DNA of 64,000 nt from Magnetospirillum sp. (GTDB taxonomy: Bacteria > Pseudomonadota > Alphaproteobacteria > Rhodospirillales > Magnetospirillaceae), in contig JAYSBF010000013.1 of assembly GCA_041915545.1 (NCBI GenBank), positions 13,390 through 77,389 on the forward strand. Direction: 5' to 3'. Shown one piece after another: positions 39,428 to 51,100 of this stretch. Positions within the stretch are counted from its first letter, which is position 1. The number at the start of each line of letters is the position of its first letter. Under the pieces are notes generated by a model that did not search any database, was not told the origin of the DNA, and saw nothing but the letters and a program-made list of their open reading frames with translations. The position numbers and the translations under genes were made by a program.

Positions 39428-41307
39428 TGTGTGGATTGGCCGGGCTGTTCGTGCCGCGCCTCGTGGCGCCGCCCGTGGCCGATATGGATGCCATGGTGCG
39501 GATCATGGCGCATCGTGGCCCCAATGGCACGGGAACGCATATTTCCCATGACCGCCGGTTTCAGGCCGGTTTCGCCCGGCTGGCCATCATTGATCTGGCC
39601 ACCAGCGGCCAGCCATTGGTGCATGATGGCGGCGCCCGTGTCTTCATGGGCAATGGCGAGATATACAATTACCGGGAATTGCGGGCAGGGCTGGAAAGCA
39701 AGGGGCATCGCTTTCTCACCCAGGGCGATATGGAACCGGCGTTGCGCGCCCATATGGATCTGGGGGATGATTTTGTCCATCAACTGAACGGCATGTATGC
39801 CCTGGCTTCGTATGACCGGGACAGTCACAGCCTGTTCCTGGTCCGGGACCGGTTGGGGATCAAACCGCTTTATTGGGCGCACACTGCTGGCGGTGCGATT
39901 GTCTTTGCTAGCGAAATCAAGGCGCTGTTCGCCAGCGGCCTGATTTCTCCATCGGTGCGGACCGACATGCTGCCCTCTTGGTTGCTGCATGGATATGTGC
40001 CTGCTCCCGACACGTTGTATCAGGGAATTCATAAATTGCCCCCCGGCCATTGGCTGCGGGTGGATGCCGACGGCACCGTTACCATCCGGCGCTATTGGCG
40101 TCCCGGACCCGCGGCTTGGGTTCCCGCGGATTTTCAACAAGGCCGCGATCATCTGCTGGATTTGTTGGGGCAATCGGTCAAATGGCAATTACACAGCGAT
40201 GTGCCCCTGGGCATCTTGCTATCGGGGGGCATTGATTCCGGGCTGATCGCCGCGCTTGCCGCCCAACACAGCCAAACGCCGCTGCACACCTATACCGTCC
40301 GTTTCAGCGGCGCCGCAGTGGATGAAAGCCCGCTGGCCCGATTGGTGGCCGAACGCTACGGCACCCGGCACAGCCAGTTGGATTTGGGCATGGACGATGT
40401 CGCCGGCTATTTGCCTGCCTTGGCCTGGCATTGCGACGAACCGCTTTTTGATGCCGCCTTGCTGCCCAATCATTTGATCAATGCCAGATTGGGCCAGGAT
40501 GTGCGGGTGGTGTTGAATGGCAGTGGCGGCGATGAGTTATTCGCGGGCTATGGCCGGTATTTTCCCCTGGCCGCCGAACAGCGCTGGCTGGCTCTGCCCC
40601 GGATAATGCGCCGCTGCCTGCGTCCTTTGATCGGTGCCCTATCCCCTCGGCGAGGATGGCAGTTGGGTCGGGCTGACGATCTGGATGCCGATCCCGGCGC
40701 CTATCTTGCCGGGCACACCACCTTGTTTCCGGCTCCGCTCCGGCGTCAATTGGGGTGGGGGGGGGCGGTTCAGGCAGCACAATCGGCTGCCTTTGCCGCG
40801 TTTCCCGGTCCGCGCCAATCGGCCATGTTGGCGGCCGATCTGGAAACCTATCTGCCCGAGGATTTGATGACCCTGCTGGACCGCACCACCATGGCATCCA
40901 GTGTGGAAGGCCGGGTGCCGTTTTTGGATCATCGCCTGGTCGAAGCGGCCCTGGCCCTGCCCCCGGACATGCGCACCCCCCAGGGGCGGCAAAAGGGGAT
41001 GGAACGGGCCATGGCCGCCGATTTTCTGCCCGATGTGGTGCTGACGGCGCCGAAACAGGGTTTCGCTTCGCCGGTGCCATCCTGGTTCGATGGTGCCCTG
41101 GGCCATATTGCCCGCCGGGTGTTGACCGGGAAAACAGCGCGGCGGCGCGGCTGGTTCGATCAAGATGGCCTGGCCGTCTTGTTGTCGCAGCCTCGCCGTC
41201 ATGCTTTCCCACTTTATGCGCTGACCATGTTGGAACTGACGGTGCGCACCCATGTGGATCGGCGCGACCCATGCCCCGCCGGACTTGAGGATTTGACCCA
41301 TGACTGA
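39427..41307 (+). CDS. Asparagine synthase-like glutamine amidotransferase (AsnB/WbpS type)
   Basis: N-terminal MCGLAG, HRGP, RLAIIDL, NGEIYNY, RDRLGIKPLY, LSGGIDS, RVPFLDH. Confidence 0.93.
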   Translation: MCGLAGLFVPRLVAPPVADMDAMVRIMAHRGPNGTGTHISHDRRFQAGFARLAIIDLATSGQPLVHDGGARVFMGNGEIYNYRELRAGLESKGHRFLTQGDMEPALRAHMDLGDDFVHQLNGMYALASYDRDSHSLFLVRDRLGIKPLYWAHTAGGAIVFASEIKALFASGLISPSVRTDMLPSWLLHGYVPAPDTLYQGIHKLPPGHWLRVDADGTVTIRRYWRPGPAAWVPADFQQGRDHLLDLLGQSVKWQLHSDVPLGILLSGGIDSGLIAALAAQHSQTPLHTYTVRFSGAAVDESPLARLVAERYGTRHSQLDLGMDDVAGYLPALAWHCDEPLFDAALLPNHLINARLGQDVRVVLNGSGGDELFAGYGRYFPLAAEQRWLALPRIMRRCLRPLIGALSPRRGWQLGRADDLDADPGAYLAGHTTLFPAPLRRQLGWGGAVQAAQSAAFAAFPGPRQSAMLAADLETYLPEDLMTLLDRTTMASSVEGRVPFLDHRLVEAALALPPDMRTPQGRQKGMERAMAADFLPDVVLTAPKQGFASPVPSWFDGALGHIARRVLTGKTARRRGWFDQDGLAVLLSQPRRHAFPLYALTMLELTVRTHVDRRDPCPAGLEDLTHD

Positions 41308-42256
41308 CGCCCTGCAAAACTTGGCCGATGTAAGCGTGATCATGCCGGCCTACAACAATCAGGACAGCGTGGGCCGGGCCTTGGCCAGCATCGCCGCGCA
41401 GACCTTGAAACCACGCGAAGTGATCGTGGTGGATGACGGTTCATCCGACGATACCATCGGCGCGGTGCGGGCGATGAAGGATCATATGAATGGTGTGACC
41501 CTGCGTTTGTTCCATCAGGAAAATAACGGCGCCGGGGCCGCCCGTAATCGGGCCGTGGTCGAAGCGCGGGGCGAATGGCTGGGATTTTTGGATGCCGATG
41601 ACCAATGGCTGCCCGGCAAATTGGAAAAAACATTGTGCCCCACCTTGGACCGCGGATTGGAGATGAGCGCCCATAATCTGGTGTCCGTGGCCCCCGATGG
41701 GCAGGAACGCATGATCTCAAGCCGTGCCCGCTGGCTGGGCAATCCGGCTGATCCGTATCGGAGGCTGTTTCTGGTTGGATTCATCTCCTCTTCCACCGTT
41801 TTGGTCCGTCGGCGGCTGGTGGTGCAGGTCGGGGGATTCGATGTGGGGCTGCGTTCGGCGCAGGATTACGAATTATGGCTGGCTTTGCTGGATCTGATCG
41901 GCCACCGGTTCGAAGTGTTCGCCGATCCGCTGCTGCGCTATACCCTGGCGCCCCAAGGCATCACCAGCGCGATCGACCGCAAGGTGTCGTGCTCTCTGGC
42001 GATTTTGAACCGCCATATGGGTGTGTTGAAACGCCATCCCGGTCCGATGATCAAATGGCTGGTCCTGCGTTTGCTCATCATTCATCTGGAAGCCGTGCAG
42101 GGGCATTGGCAGCGTGGTCAACGGGCCGCAGCCTTGGGGCAGATATGGCGATTCCTGCCCCGCCTTGGCGCCGTCTTGGCCCGCTTCCCCAAGGCCCGTG
42201 GCCAGCGTCCCGATTTTCTGGCCCATTTGCCCCCGGCGGCGGATATCGCGTTGTGA
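41300..42256 (+). CDS. Family 2 glycosyltransferase
   Basis: SVIMPAYN, VVDDGS, GAGAARN, FLDADD, DYELW. Confidence 0.93.
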   Translation: MTDALQNLADVSVIMPAYNNQDSVGRALASIAAQTLKPREVIVVDDGSSDDTIGAVRAMKDHMNGVTLRLFHQENNGAGAARNRAVVEARGEWLGFLDADDQWLPGKLEKTLCPTLDRGLEMSAHNLVSVAPDGQERMISSRARWLGNPADPYRRLFLVGFISSSTVLVRRRLVVQVGGFDVGLRSAQDYELWLALLDLIGHRFEVFADPLLRYTLAPQGITSAIDRKVSCSLAILNRHMGVLKRHPGPMIKWLVLRLLIIHLEAVQGHWQRGQRAAALGQIWRFLPRLGAVLARFPKARGQRPDFLAHLPPAADIAL

Positions 42257-43374
42257 TCACGCCCACTCCCCGCCCGGCACTGTGGCCCCTGCTGGCCTTG
42301 CGGTTTCTGGCGTCGCCATCCGGTCCCGGATTGGCCCGTCCGTTCCTGGATCTTCAGGCGGGGACGCCGGGCGGGCTGTGGCTGTCGCGTTCGGCGTGGT
42401 CCCTGGCCGCCTTGGCCGATGGTTTTCGCAGGCTGCACGGGCGCAAGCCGGTGGTGGCGCTGCCGGATTACATCTGTAACCAATCCCTGTGGCCGTTGCG
42501 TCAAGATCGCGCCGATCTGATGTTTTATCCGGTGGATGCCGCCACCTTGCATCCCTGTTGGGATGATTTCCACGGTCAGACGGCGGATATTTTTGTTCTG
42601 GTCCACTATTTCGGTCATGCCAATGATGGGGCGGGGGCCAGGGAATGGTGTGACCGGCATGGAGCTTGGCTGGTCGAGGATGCGGCCCATGTGCTGATGC
42701 CCAATGACGGCATTGGCCGCTGGGGTGATGCGGTGCTGTACAGTCCGCACAAACTGGTGGCCATTCCCGATGGGGCGGTCCTGGTGATCAATGACAGTCT
42801 GCGCCATGGGGAAAAGGCGGTGGCCCAGGCGGTGCTGGCATTAGGCGGGGCCCATCCTCATACCCAGCTCTGGCGGCTGAAACGGTTGATCCAGTCGGTC
42901 TTGCCCGCCGCCATTCAGCGGCGTTTCGGGGGTAAGGCCGCCCCTGATTTTAATTACGACCCAGAAACAGTGCCGATGCCGCAGGTTCCGGCACCATCCT
43001 TGGCCGGGGCTGCCTTGCTGGCTCGGGCGGATTTGCCCGGCATTGCCCGAATCCGCCGTGCCAATGCCCGGAGCCTGGGCCAGGCCGTGGCGGATTTGGC
43101 GCCGTGGCAGCCTCTTTTTCCCGTGGATGGGGGGGGCGTTCCTTATCGTCTGGCCATGCGCTGTCAAACACCCCAGATCGCCGGGGATATTTTCGCCCGG
43201 TTGCATGCGGCCGGTCTGCCGGTGGAAAGCTGGCCCGACCTTCCACCGGAAAGTGCCCCTCATTCCGCCGCACGGCAGTTGCGGATGACGCTTCTGCTGT
43301 TGCCCTGTCATCAGGATTTGACGGAAACAGAGCTGAGGCGGGCCTATGTCCGGGCCTTGGGGGGGCGGGCATGA
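42253..43374 (+). CDS. DegT/DnrJ/EryC1/StrS-like PLP-dependent aminotransferase
   Basis: PDYIC, VHYFG, EDAAH, YSPHKL (putative PLP lysine), LPCHQ; GTGA overlap. Confidence 0.78.
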   Translation: MITPTPRPALWPLLALRFLASPSGPGLARPFLDLQAGTPGGLWLSRSAWSLAALADGFRRLHGRKPVVALPDYICNQSLWPLRQDRADLMFYPVDAATLHPCWDDFHGQTADIFVLVHYFGHANDGAGAREWCDRHGAWLVEDAAHVLMPNDGIGRWGDAVLYSPHKLVAIPDGAVLVINDSLRHGEKAVAQAVLALGGAHPHTQLWRLKRLIQSVLPAAIQRRFGGKAAPDFNYDPETVPMPQVPAPSLAGAALLARADLPGIARIRRANARSLGQAVADLAPWQPLFPVDGGGVPYRLAMRCQTPQIAGDIFARLHAAGLPVESWPDLPPESAPHSAARQLRMTLLLLPCHQDLTETELRRAYVRALGGRA

Positions 43375-44309
43375 CCATCACCTTGGCCTGGGCCGACCGC
43401 CGGGATGAGTTTGACGCGCTATGTCCCACCGATGGGCAATCCAGCCTGCTGCAATGCTGGGCATGGGGCGAAGCCAAGCGCGAGGTGGAAGGCTGGCACC
43501 CCCGCCGGGCCATTTTGGCCCGGGGACCGGATGTGATCGGTGCGGTCCAGATCTTGGAAAAGCGTCTGGGGCCGGTGCGGGTGGCCCGGATCAACCGTGG
43601 ACCATTTTGGGTCGGCGCGCATGATCCTGATCCGGCGGTCAAAGCGGCGGCTTTGGCCTGTTTACGCGGCCAATGGCGGTGGTGGCGGGGCCGTGCCTTG
43701 CTGATCGCACCGGAATTGGCCGCCGATGCCGCCGCCGATCTGCCCGGTTTGGGGTTTCATCGCCGGGCGGGGGACGGTTGGTGTTCGGCCTGGGTGGATT
43801 TACGCCGCAGCGATGGGGATTTGCGGAAATCCCTGCACGGCAAATGGCGGAACATGTTGGTGAACGCGGAAAAAGCCGGGCTGGATCTGGATCTGATGGC
43901 GGGGCCGGATGCGGTGGATTGGCTGATGCCGCTATATCGGTCAGCCATGGAGGAAAAGGGATTTTCCGGGGCATCCCCGGCCATGATGCAGGCATTGGCC
44001 CGCCATGCGGCCCCGGATGACATGCTGGTTTACCGGGTCAGGTCGAACGGGGACGAGGCGGCGGCGCTGCTGATGGCCCGTCATGGTGTGTCGGTCACCT
44101 ATCTGGTGGGCTGCACCGGCCCGGCGGGACGGGCATCGCGGGCAACCTATCTGGCATTGTGGCGGGCTATGCTGGATTTGCGGGATCGGGGGTGCCATTG
44201 GCTGGATTTGGGGGGGATCGACGATCAATCCACCCCGGGCGTGGCCGCGTTCAAACGCGGGGTCAAGGGCAGCGAATACCGGTTGGCGGGGGAATTCTGG
44301 TCCCTGTAG
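43371..44309 (+). CDS. FemAB/GNAT-fold aminoacyl- or acyltransferase
   Basis: LLQ..AWG..K, KWRN....AEK, LDLGG, GVAAFKRG. Confidence 0.8.
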   Translation: MTITLAWADRRDEFDALCPTDGQSSLLQCWAWGEAKREVEGWHPRRAILARGPDVIGAVQILEKRLGPVRVARINRGPFWVGAHDPDPAVKAAALACLRGQWRWWRGRALLIAPELAADAAADLPGLGFHRRAGDGWCSAWVDLRRSDGDLRKSLHGKWRNMLVNAEKAGLDLDLMAGPDAVDWLMPLYRSAMEEKGFSGASPAMMQALARHAAPDDMLVYRVRSNGDEAAALLMARHGVSVTYLVGCTGPAGRASRATYLALWRAMLDLRDRGCHWLDLGGIDDQSTPGVAAFKRGVKGSEYRLAGEFWSL

Positions 44310-44320
44310 GGAGGCCGGGC

Positions 44321-45055
44321 ATGGATGATGTCATCGTTTTGGATCTCGGTGGACGTTCCGTATCTGTAATGGTTATCCATTCCGCCCGCGCACGCCGATT
44401 GGCTTTGCGCCTGGACCCGGCCAAGGGGCCGGTGGTGACCGTTCCCCCGCGGGTGTCGCCGTCCCAGACCATGGATTTCCTGATCCGGCACCGCATTTGG
44501 CTGGCCGAACGTCTGGCCCGCCTGCCGGGGCCGGTTCGCCTGATGCCGGGGCAGCGGGTGCCGCTGCTGGGCGTTTCTCATCTGATCGTTCATTGCCCCG
44601 ATGCGCGGCGCGGAGTCTGGCTGGATTGCGGCGAGATCCGGGTGTCCGGGGTGGTGGAGCATGTGGAACGGCGGGTCCGTGATTTTTTGATGACGCAGGC
44701 CCGGCAGATCATTCCGCTCAAGGCCCGGTCCCTGGCCGGGATGGCCGGTAGGAACGTGGCGCGGATCACGGTCAAGGACACCAAAAGCCGGTGGGGCAGT
44801 TGCTCATCCCAGGGTAATCTGGCCTTTTCCTGGCGTCTGGTGTTGGCCCCTGAAACAGTGCTGGATTATGTGGTGGCACATGAAGTGTCCCACTTGTTTC
44901 AGATGAATCACTCGGCGGCGTTTTGGCGGATGGTCGGGACATTGTGCCCCCATTGGCAAGAAAGCCGCCGCTGGCTGAAGCTGAATGGGCATAGTCTGCA
45001 TGGTTACGGATTGGATGCTTTGCAATCATTTGGATTGCCGTCGACTATGGCTTGA
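44321..45055 (+). CDS. M48/DUF45 (YgjP/SprT-like) metallopeptidase-family protein
   Basis: KSRWGSCS, YVVAHEVSH, NHS..FW. Confidence 0.88.
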   Translation: MDDVIVLDLGGRSVSVMVIHSARARRLALRLDPAKGPVVTVPPRVSPSQTMDFLIRHRIWLAERLARLPGPVRLMPGQRVPLLGVSHLIVHCPDARRGVWLDCGEIRVSGVVEHVERRVRDFLMTQARQIIPLKARSLAGMAGRNVARITVKDTKSRWGSCSSQGNLAFSWRLVLAPETVLDYVVAHEVSHLFQMNHSAAFWRMVGTLCPHWQESRRWLKLNGHSLHGYGLDALQSFGLPSTMA

Positions 45056-45102
45056 ACGACAAAAACCTGCTATCACCCATCCTCCCATAGCCTCGTAGAG
45101 CC

Positions 45103-48100
45103 TTGATTTCTGCCGTGTACAGCAAAAACCCGATAGCCATCATCGGCCAAGCATGCCGTTTCCCCGGTGGGGGAACGTCCCCGGATCGTTTTTGGTCCCT
45201 TTTGATGGAAGGGCGCGACGCCGTCAGCGAAATTCCCGATGATCGTTGGGATAAACGCCATTTTTTTCATCCCGATGCGGATGAAGCCGGGCGGGCCTAT
45301 ACCTTCCGGGCGGGGACATTGGGGGATGTGGCCGGGTTCGATGCCGCGTTTTTCGGGATTTCCCCGCGCGAGGCGGAACAGATGGACCCGCAGCAACGCC
45401 TGCTGCTGGAGCTGACTTGGGAAGCCATGGAAAGTGCCGGGCTGACCGCCGAACGGCTGGCCGGCAGCGACACCGCCGTCTATGTGGGGGTTTCCAGCAC
45501 CGATTATGCCGATTATCGCCAGGGTGATCCGTCTGGCGCCAATGCCTATTTCATGCTGGGATCGACGCTGTCCATCGTCGCCAACCGGCTGTCTTACGTG
45601 TTCGATCTGCACGGGCCGTCCATGGCGGTGGATACGGCCTGTTCCTCCAGCCTGGTGGCCTTGCATGAAGCCGTGGGGGCCATCCGTTCCGGTCGCTGTG
45701 CCCAGGCGGTGGTGGGCGGCGTTCATCTTTTGCTCAGCCCCTTTCCGTTCGTGGGCTTTTCCAAGGCGTCCATGCTGTCATCGTATGGCCGTTGCCGTGC
45801 TTTCGACCGCATCGCCAAGGGGTATGTGCGGGGCGAAGGCGGCGGCGCCCTGATCCTGAAGCCGTTGGCTCAGGCCGAACGTGACGGCGATCCGATTTTG
45901 GCGGTGATCGAAGGCGTGGGGCTGAACAGCGATGGCCGGACCCAGGGCATCGCCTTGCCGTCATCCGAACGGCAAGAGGAATTGCTGCGCAAGGTCTATG
46001 CCGATTGCGGGGCCAATCCCAGCGATCTGGTTTATTTCGAAGCGCATGGGACCGGCACCGCCGTGGGCGACCCGGCGGAAACCGGGGCCATTGGCCGCGC
46101 TTTGTCCCAGCGCCGTCCGTCCGGGTTGCCCTTGCCCATCGGTTCGGTGAAATCCAATATCGGCCATCTGGAGCCGGCATCGGGCATGGCCGGGCTGATC
46201 AAGGCCATTGGCGTCCTGCGTCACGGGGTGATTCCGCCCACCTTGCATGTGGACGAACCCAATCCCGACATTGATTTCGACGGGCTGAATCTGGCGGTCG
46301 CCACCGCCGCCCGCCCGGTGGCCCGTGGGGATCGCCCCGCCCTGGTGGGGGTCAATTCTTTTGGTTTTGGCGGCGCCAACGCCCATGTGGTGTTGCGCGA
46401 ATATCGTGTCGATACAGAAACGGTTCCCGCCTCTGCCGCGCCTGCGGTTCTGCCGCCCCTGCCGATTTCCGCTCGGTCGCCCGCGGCGCTGTCCGCCATG
46501 GCGGGTGATCTGGCCGATTTGCTGGCTGGCAAGACGGCGCCGTCCGTGGCCGATCTGGCCTGGACGCTGTGCCATAAGCGGACCCATCATTCCCAACGCC
46601 TGATGGTGCGGGCCGCCACGGCGACGGCGCTGATCGACGATTTGCGCCAATTGGCTGACGGCAAATCCCCGTCGGGCTGCATTCGGAACAAAACCGTTTC
46701 CGCCAATCCCCGCGTGGGCTTTCTTTTTTCCGGCAATGGCGCCCAATGGCTGGGCATGGGTGTGCAGCTTCTGGCCGAGGATGCGGCCTTTCGGGCCGAG
46801 GTCGAACGGATTGACGCGCTGATCCAATCCCAGGCCGGTTGGTCGGTGATCGCTGAATTGCAGGCCCCGGCGGAAACCAGCCGCATCGACGATACCCGTT
46901 TTTCCCAGCCGATGCTGTTCGCGGTTCAGGCGGGTCTGGTGGCGGCCCTGGCCGCGCGCGGTCTGGGGGCCGATGCCGTGGCCGGGCACAGCGTCGGCGA
47001 AGTCATCGCCGCCTATGCCGCCGGGATTCTGACGTTGGAACAGGCGGTTCATGTGATCGTCTGCCGCAGTGCTGTCCAGGGGGAAACCCGCGGCATGGGC
47101 CGGATGGCCGCCGTGGCCTTGGGGGCCCAGGCGGCGCGGGATGCGATTGCCGCCTATGACGGTGCCATTGAAGTGGCGGCGGTCAACAGCCCCAGCGCGG
47201 TCACCTTGTCGGGACGCGAAGATGCGTTGCTGGCGCTCAAGGACGAATTGGGCGCCAAGGGGGTGGATTTCCGCCTTCTCAATCTGGACTATGCCTTCCA
47301 CAACCGGGTGCTGGACCCATTCCAAAGCCGCATGCTGGACAGTCTGGGGGCGGTGACCGCCGCCGAAGGACGGCTGCGCTTTTATTCCTCGGTCACCGGG
47401 GCGGTGATCGGCGGCCCCCATCTGGACAGCCAATATTGGTGGGAAAACGTGCGCCGTCCGGTGCTGTTCCAGCAGGCGGTGGAAGCCATGCTGGCCGATG
47501 GCATCGACGTTCTGGTGGAAATCAGCCCCCATCCCATCATTCATTCTTATCTGCGCCATATTTTCCGCAGCCTGGACGCCCAAGCCCAGGCATTGGGATC
47601 GGTCAACCGGCAAAATGCCGGCGCGCACCGTCTGGACCGGGTTGTCGATGAAGCCTGGACCCTGGGGGCAGACTTGGCCTGGGATCGGGTGGTCCCGGCG
47701 GGCCGTCAAGTGGATCTGCCGACCTATCCCTGGCAGCGTGAACGGTTCTGGTGTCCGCCGACGCCCGAATCCCGTGGTCCGCTGTATCACCGGTGGGAAG
47801 CCCGGTTCCTGGGGGCGCGGGTGGCGCCGTCCTTGCCGATTTGGGAATCGACCATCGACACGGGCACCTTGCCGTTCCTGGCCGACCATCAGGTCGGGGG
47901 GCTGGCGGTATTTCCGGCGGCCGGGTTCGTGGAAATGGCGCTTCAGGCATCGCAATGCCTGTGGGGCGATGGACAGCATGATGTGGAGCAACTGGAAATC
48001 CGCCGTCCGCTGACCCTGGACCGGACCAAGGTGGTCCGCTTCCTGTGGGGCGAGGACCAAGGCACGTTCCAGATTTCCAGTCGCCCGCGCATGACCGATG

Positions 48101-51100
48101 ACGGCTGGACGGTTCACGCGGTTGGGCGGCTGACCCAATCCGCCGCGACACAGCCGTCGGTTCCGCCCCAATTGGCGGCGGATGGCGCCGAAATCGCCGC
48201 CGCTGATCATTACGCCATGGCGGATCGGATCGGCTTGGCCTATGGACCCGCCTTCCAGACCGTGACCCGGACCAGGGTGCATGGCGCGGTGGCCGTGGCG
48301 GATCTGCGTTTTCCCACGGCCGATGAGGGGGGGGATGGCTATCTGCTGCCGCCGGGATTGTTCGATGGCTGCTTGCAGGTGGTGTTCGACCTGCTGAAGG
48401 ACCACATTCAATCCGCCAGCCAGCCCCATGCCTTCCTGCCGGTGCAGATTGGGCGGTTGCTGCTGCATGGCGATGCCAGCCGGATCAGCCGGTGTCATGT
48501 GCGGTTGGATCGGATGTCGCGGCGTTCGTTGGTGGCCAGCATCTGGCTGACCGATCAGGATGGTGCGGTCATCGCCGAAGCCCGGTCGTGCCGGTTCCAG
48601 CGGATGGATATGGGCAAGGCGCTGGGGGCGCCATCTCAGTACGAATTCGAAACTATTCCGCTATCCGACCGTTCACCCCAATCCCATTGGCCCCATGCGG
48701 CCATGCCCATATGGCCGACAGGGGCGGATATCGGCCCGGATATCGGCCTGGATGCCATCGCCGCCGCTTTCTGCGCCGAAGCGTTGGCGGCGACGCCGAA
48801 GCCCGCGCCGGAATGGAATGATGTGGCCCGTCTGGCCGGTGTTTTGGCCGCAGGCCATGATTCTGATCAGACCGCCCATGATCTGTGGCGCTCGGCCTTG
48901 AATGCCCATCCCGGCCATCTGGCGGAACTGACGCTGTTGGGCAATCTGGGCCTGCATCTGGGGCGGGCCTTGGCCGGGGATCTGGTGGCGTCCAGTTTGC
49001 TTCCCGCCAACTCGACCTTGGACCATCTGCTGGATGCGTCGCCCCTGGTGGCGGTGGGGCATGACGCCATTGCCGCCGCCTTGGCTCAATTGGTCAGCCA
49101 TTGGCCGGACAGCCAACGCCTGCGGGTGATCGAGGTGGGGGGCGGCGCCCCGGATCTGACCGCCCGGCTGATGGCACTGCTGCCTGCCGGTCGTTACGAT
49201 TACACCATCGCCGCCGCCGATGCGGCCCTGGCCCTGACGGCGGAAGCCGGTTTGGGGCATCAGCATCCCGATCATTCGGTGGTGACCTTTGATGCGGCCC
49301 GGCCCTTGGCCGATCAGGAACAATTGGCTGTCGGCAGCCATGATCTGGTGATCGCGGTCAACGCCCTGGGCTATTGGCCCGATGCGTCCACCGCCCTGGC
49401 TGCCTTGGCAAGCCTGGGACGGGGTGGCGCCAGGGTGTTGTCCTGCGCACCGGCTGCGGGCGCTTGGCTGGACTTGGCCGCAGCGGTCCATGCGGTGGCG
49501 GGAAAGGCATTTCCGCTGCGTCCGTTGCCCAGTGATGCTTTCGGCGGCTTTGACACGGCATCCGCCGTCACCGTGGCGGGAACGGCCCTGTTGGCGGCCA
49601 GTTTGCCGGCGGCGGCCCTGGCCGCGAATACCGGTCCCTTGCTGGCCGAGGATGCCAGGCCATGGCTGATCCTGGCGGGTGGAACCGATGCGGAAATGGC
49701 CTTGGCCGATGTGGTGGCCGATCGGCTGGGGGCGGCGCTGATCGTCTTGCCGGAAGGTGAAGGCGACGACGAAACAGCCTTGCGCATTCCCGCCGATTCC
49801 CCGGCGGCCTGGGCCGATTTCCTGGCGACCTTGGTTGAGGCCGGCAGTGAACCGGCTGGCTTGATCCATCTTTGGGGTCTGGCTGAACCTCGCCAGGGCC
49901 GTGACGGCGATCTGTCGCATCAGAACCGCCGATGCTGGAGCACCCTGGCCTTTGCCCAGGCAACCACCCAAGTGAGCCTAAGCCAGTCGCCGCATCTGGT
50001 GACGGTCACCCGTGGCGCCTTGGATGGCGAGATTTCCCAGGCGCCGCTTTGGGGCCTGGCTCGCGTGCTTGGCAATGAATTCCCGCAACTGTCCGTCCGG
50101 CGGATTGATTTGGACCCGATGGCCTTTGCCGGTCTGGGGGCTGCCCTGGCGGCGGAAATCGCCGCCCCCGATGCTCAGGACGAAGTCCGGTTGGGGTTGG
50201 ATTGGCGCCAGGGCCTGCGATTGCGCAAACGGGCGGTGAAGCCGGTCGGCGCTTCGGCATCGGCTCCTGCCGCCTTGGCCCGGACCTTGTCTTTTGGCGC
50301 CGGTTCGCTGGATCATCTGGCATGGGTGGATGCGTCCCGGCGGGCGCCGGGCGCGGGCGAGGTGGAAATCAGAATCCGGGCATCGGGTTTGAACTTCCGC
50401 GATGTCATGCTGGCCTTGGGCGTTCTGCCGGATGAAGCGGTGGAAAACGGATTTGCCGGGGCCAATGTGGGGATGGAAGCCGCCGGGACCGTGGTGGCGG
50501 TCGGGGCCGGTGTGGACCGCTTGTCCGTGGGCGATGATGTCCTGTTCTTTGCCCCGGCTTGTTTTGCCAGCCATGTGACCACCAAGGTGACGGCGGTGGC
50601 CCGCAAGCCGGCCAGTCTGGGCTTTGCCGAGGCGGCCACCATTCCCACCGCTTTTTTCACCATCTATTACGCCCTGTCCGAATTGGCCCGTTTGCGGGCT
50701 GGGGAACGGGTGCTGATTCATGGTGCGGCCGGTGGTGTGGGTTTGGCCGCCATTCAATATGCCCGCCATGTGGGGGCGGAAATCTTCGCCACCGCCGGCA
50801 GCCCGGAAAAGCGGGCCGTGGTGGAATTGGCCGGGGTGCCCCGCGATCATATCCTGGATTCCCGCTCTTTGGCTTTTGCCGATCAGGTCATGACCTTGAC
50901 CCAGGGCCAGGGTGTGGATGTGGTGCTGAATTCCCTGGCGGGCGAAGCCATTCATAAAAGTCTGGGGCTCCTGCGGCCCTTTGGCCGTTTCCTGGAATTG
51001 GGAAAGCGGGACTTTTTCGCCAATACGCCATTGGGATTGCGGCCATTCCGCAACAACATTTCCTATTTCGGCATTGATGCCGACCAGTTGATGGCGGTCC

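Noticed and set aside
2347-40962. KOPS-like GGGNAGGG polarity switch around oriC
   Set aside because: A trend is visible (CCCTNCCC at 5120, 9563, 11390, 15545, 16342; GGGNAGGG at 29568, 32411, 32489, 38433), but counter-examples exist (2347, 5782, 22969, 24623, 40955) and my manual scan was incomplete
35377-44309. Extended N-termini in the ORF track (e.g. 36528, 37097, 39328, 41875, 43104; also 13582, 15644, 22102, 26658, 30375, 62067)
   Set aside because: They overlap upstream genes or lack an RBS; shorter starts with an SD or stop-start coupling match the family N-termini
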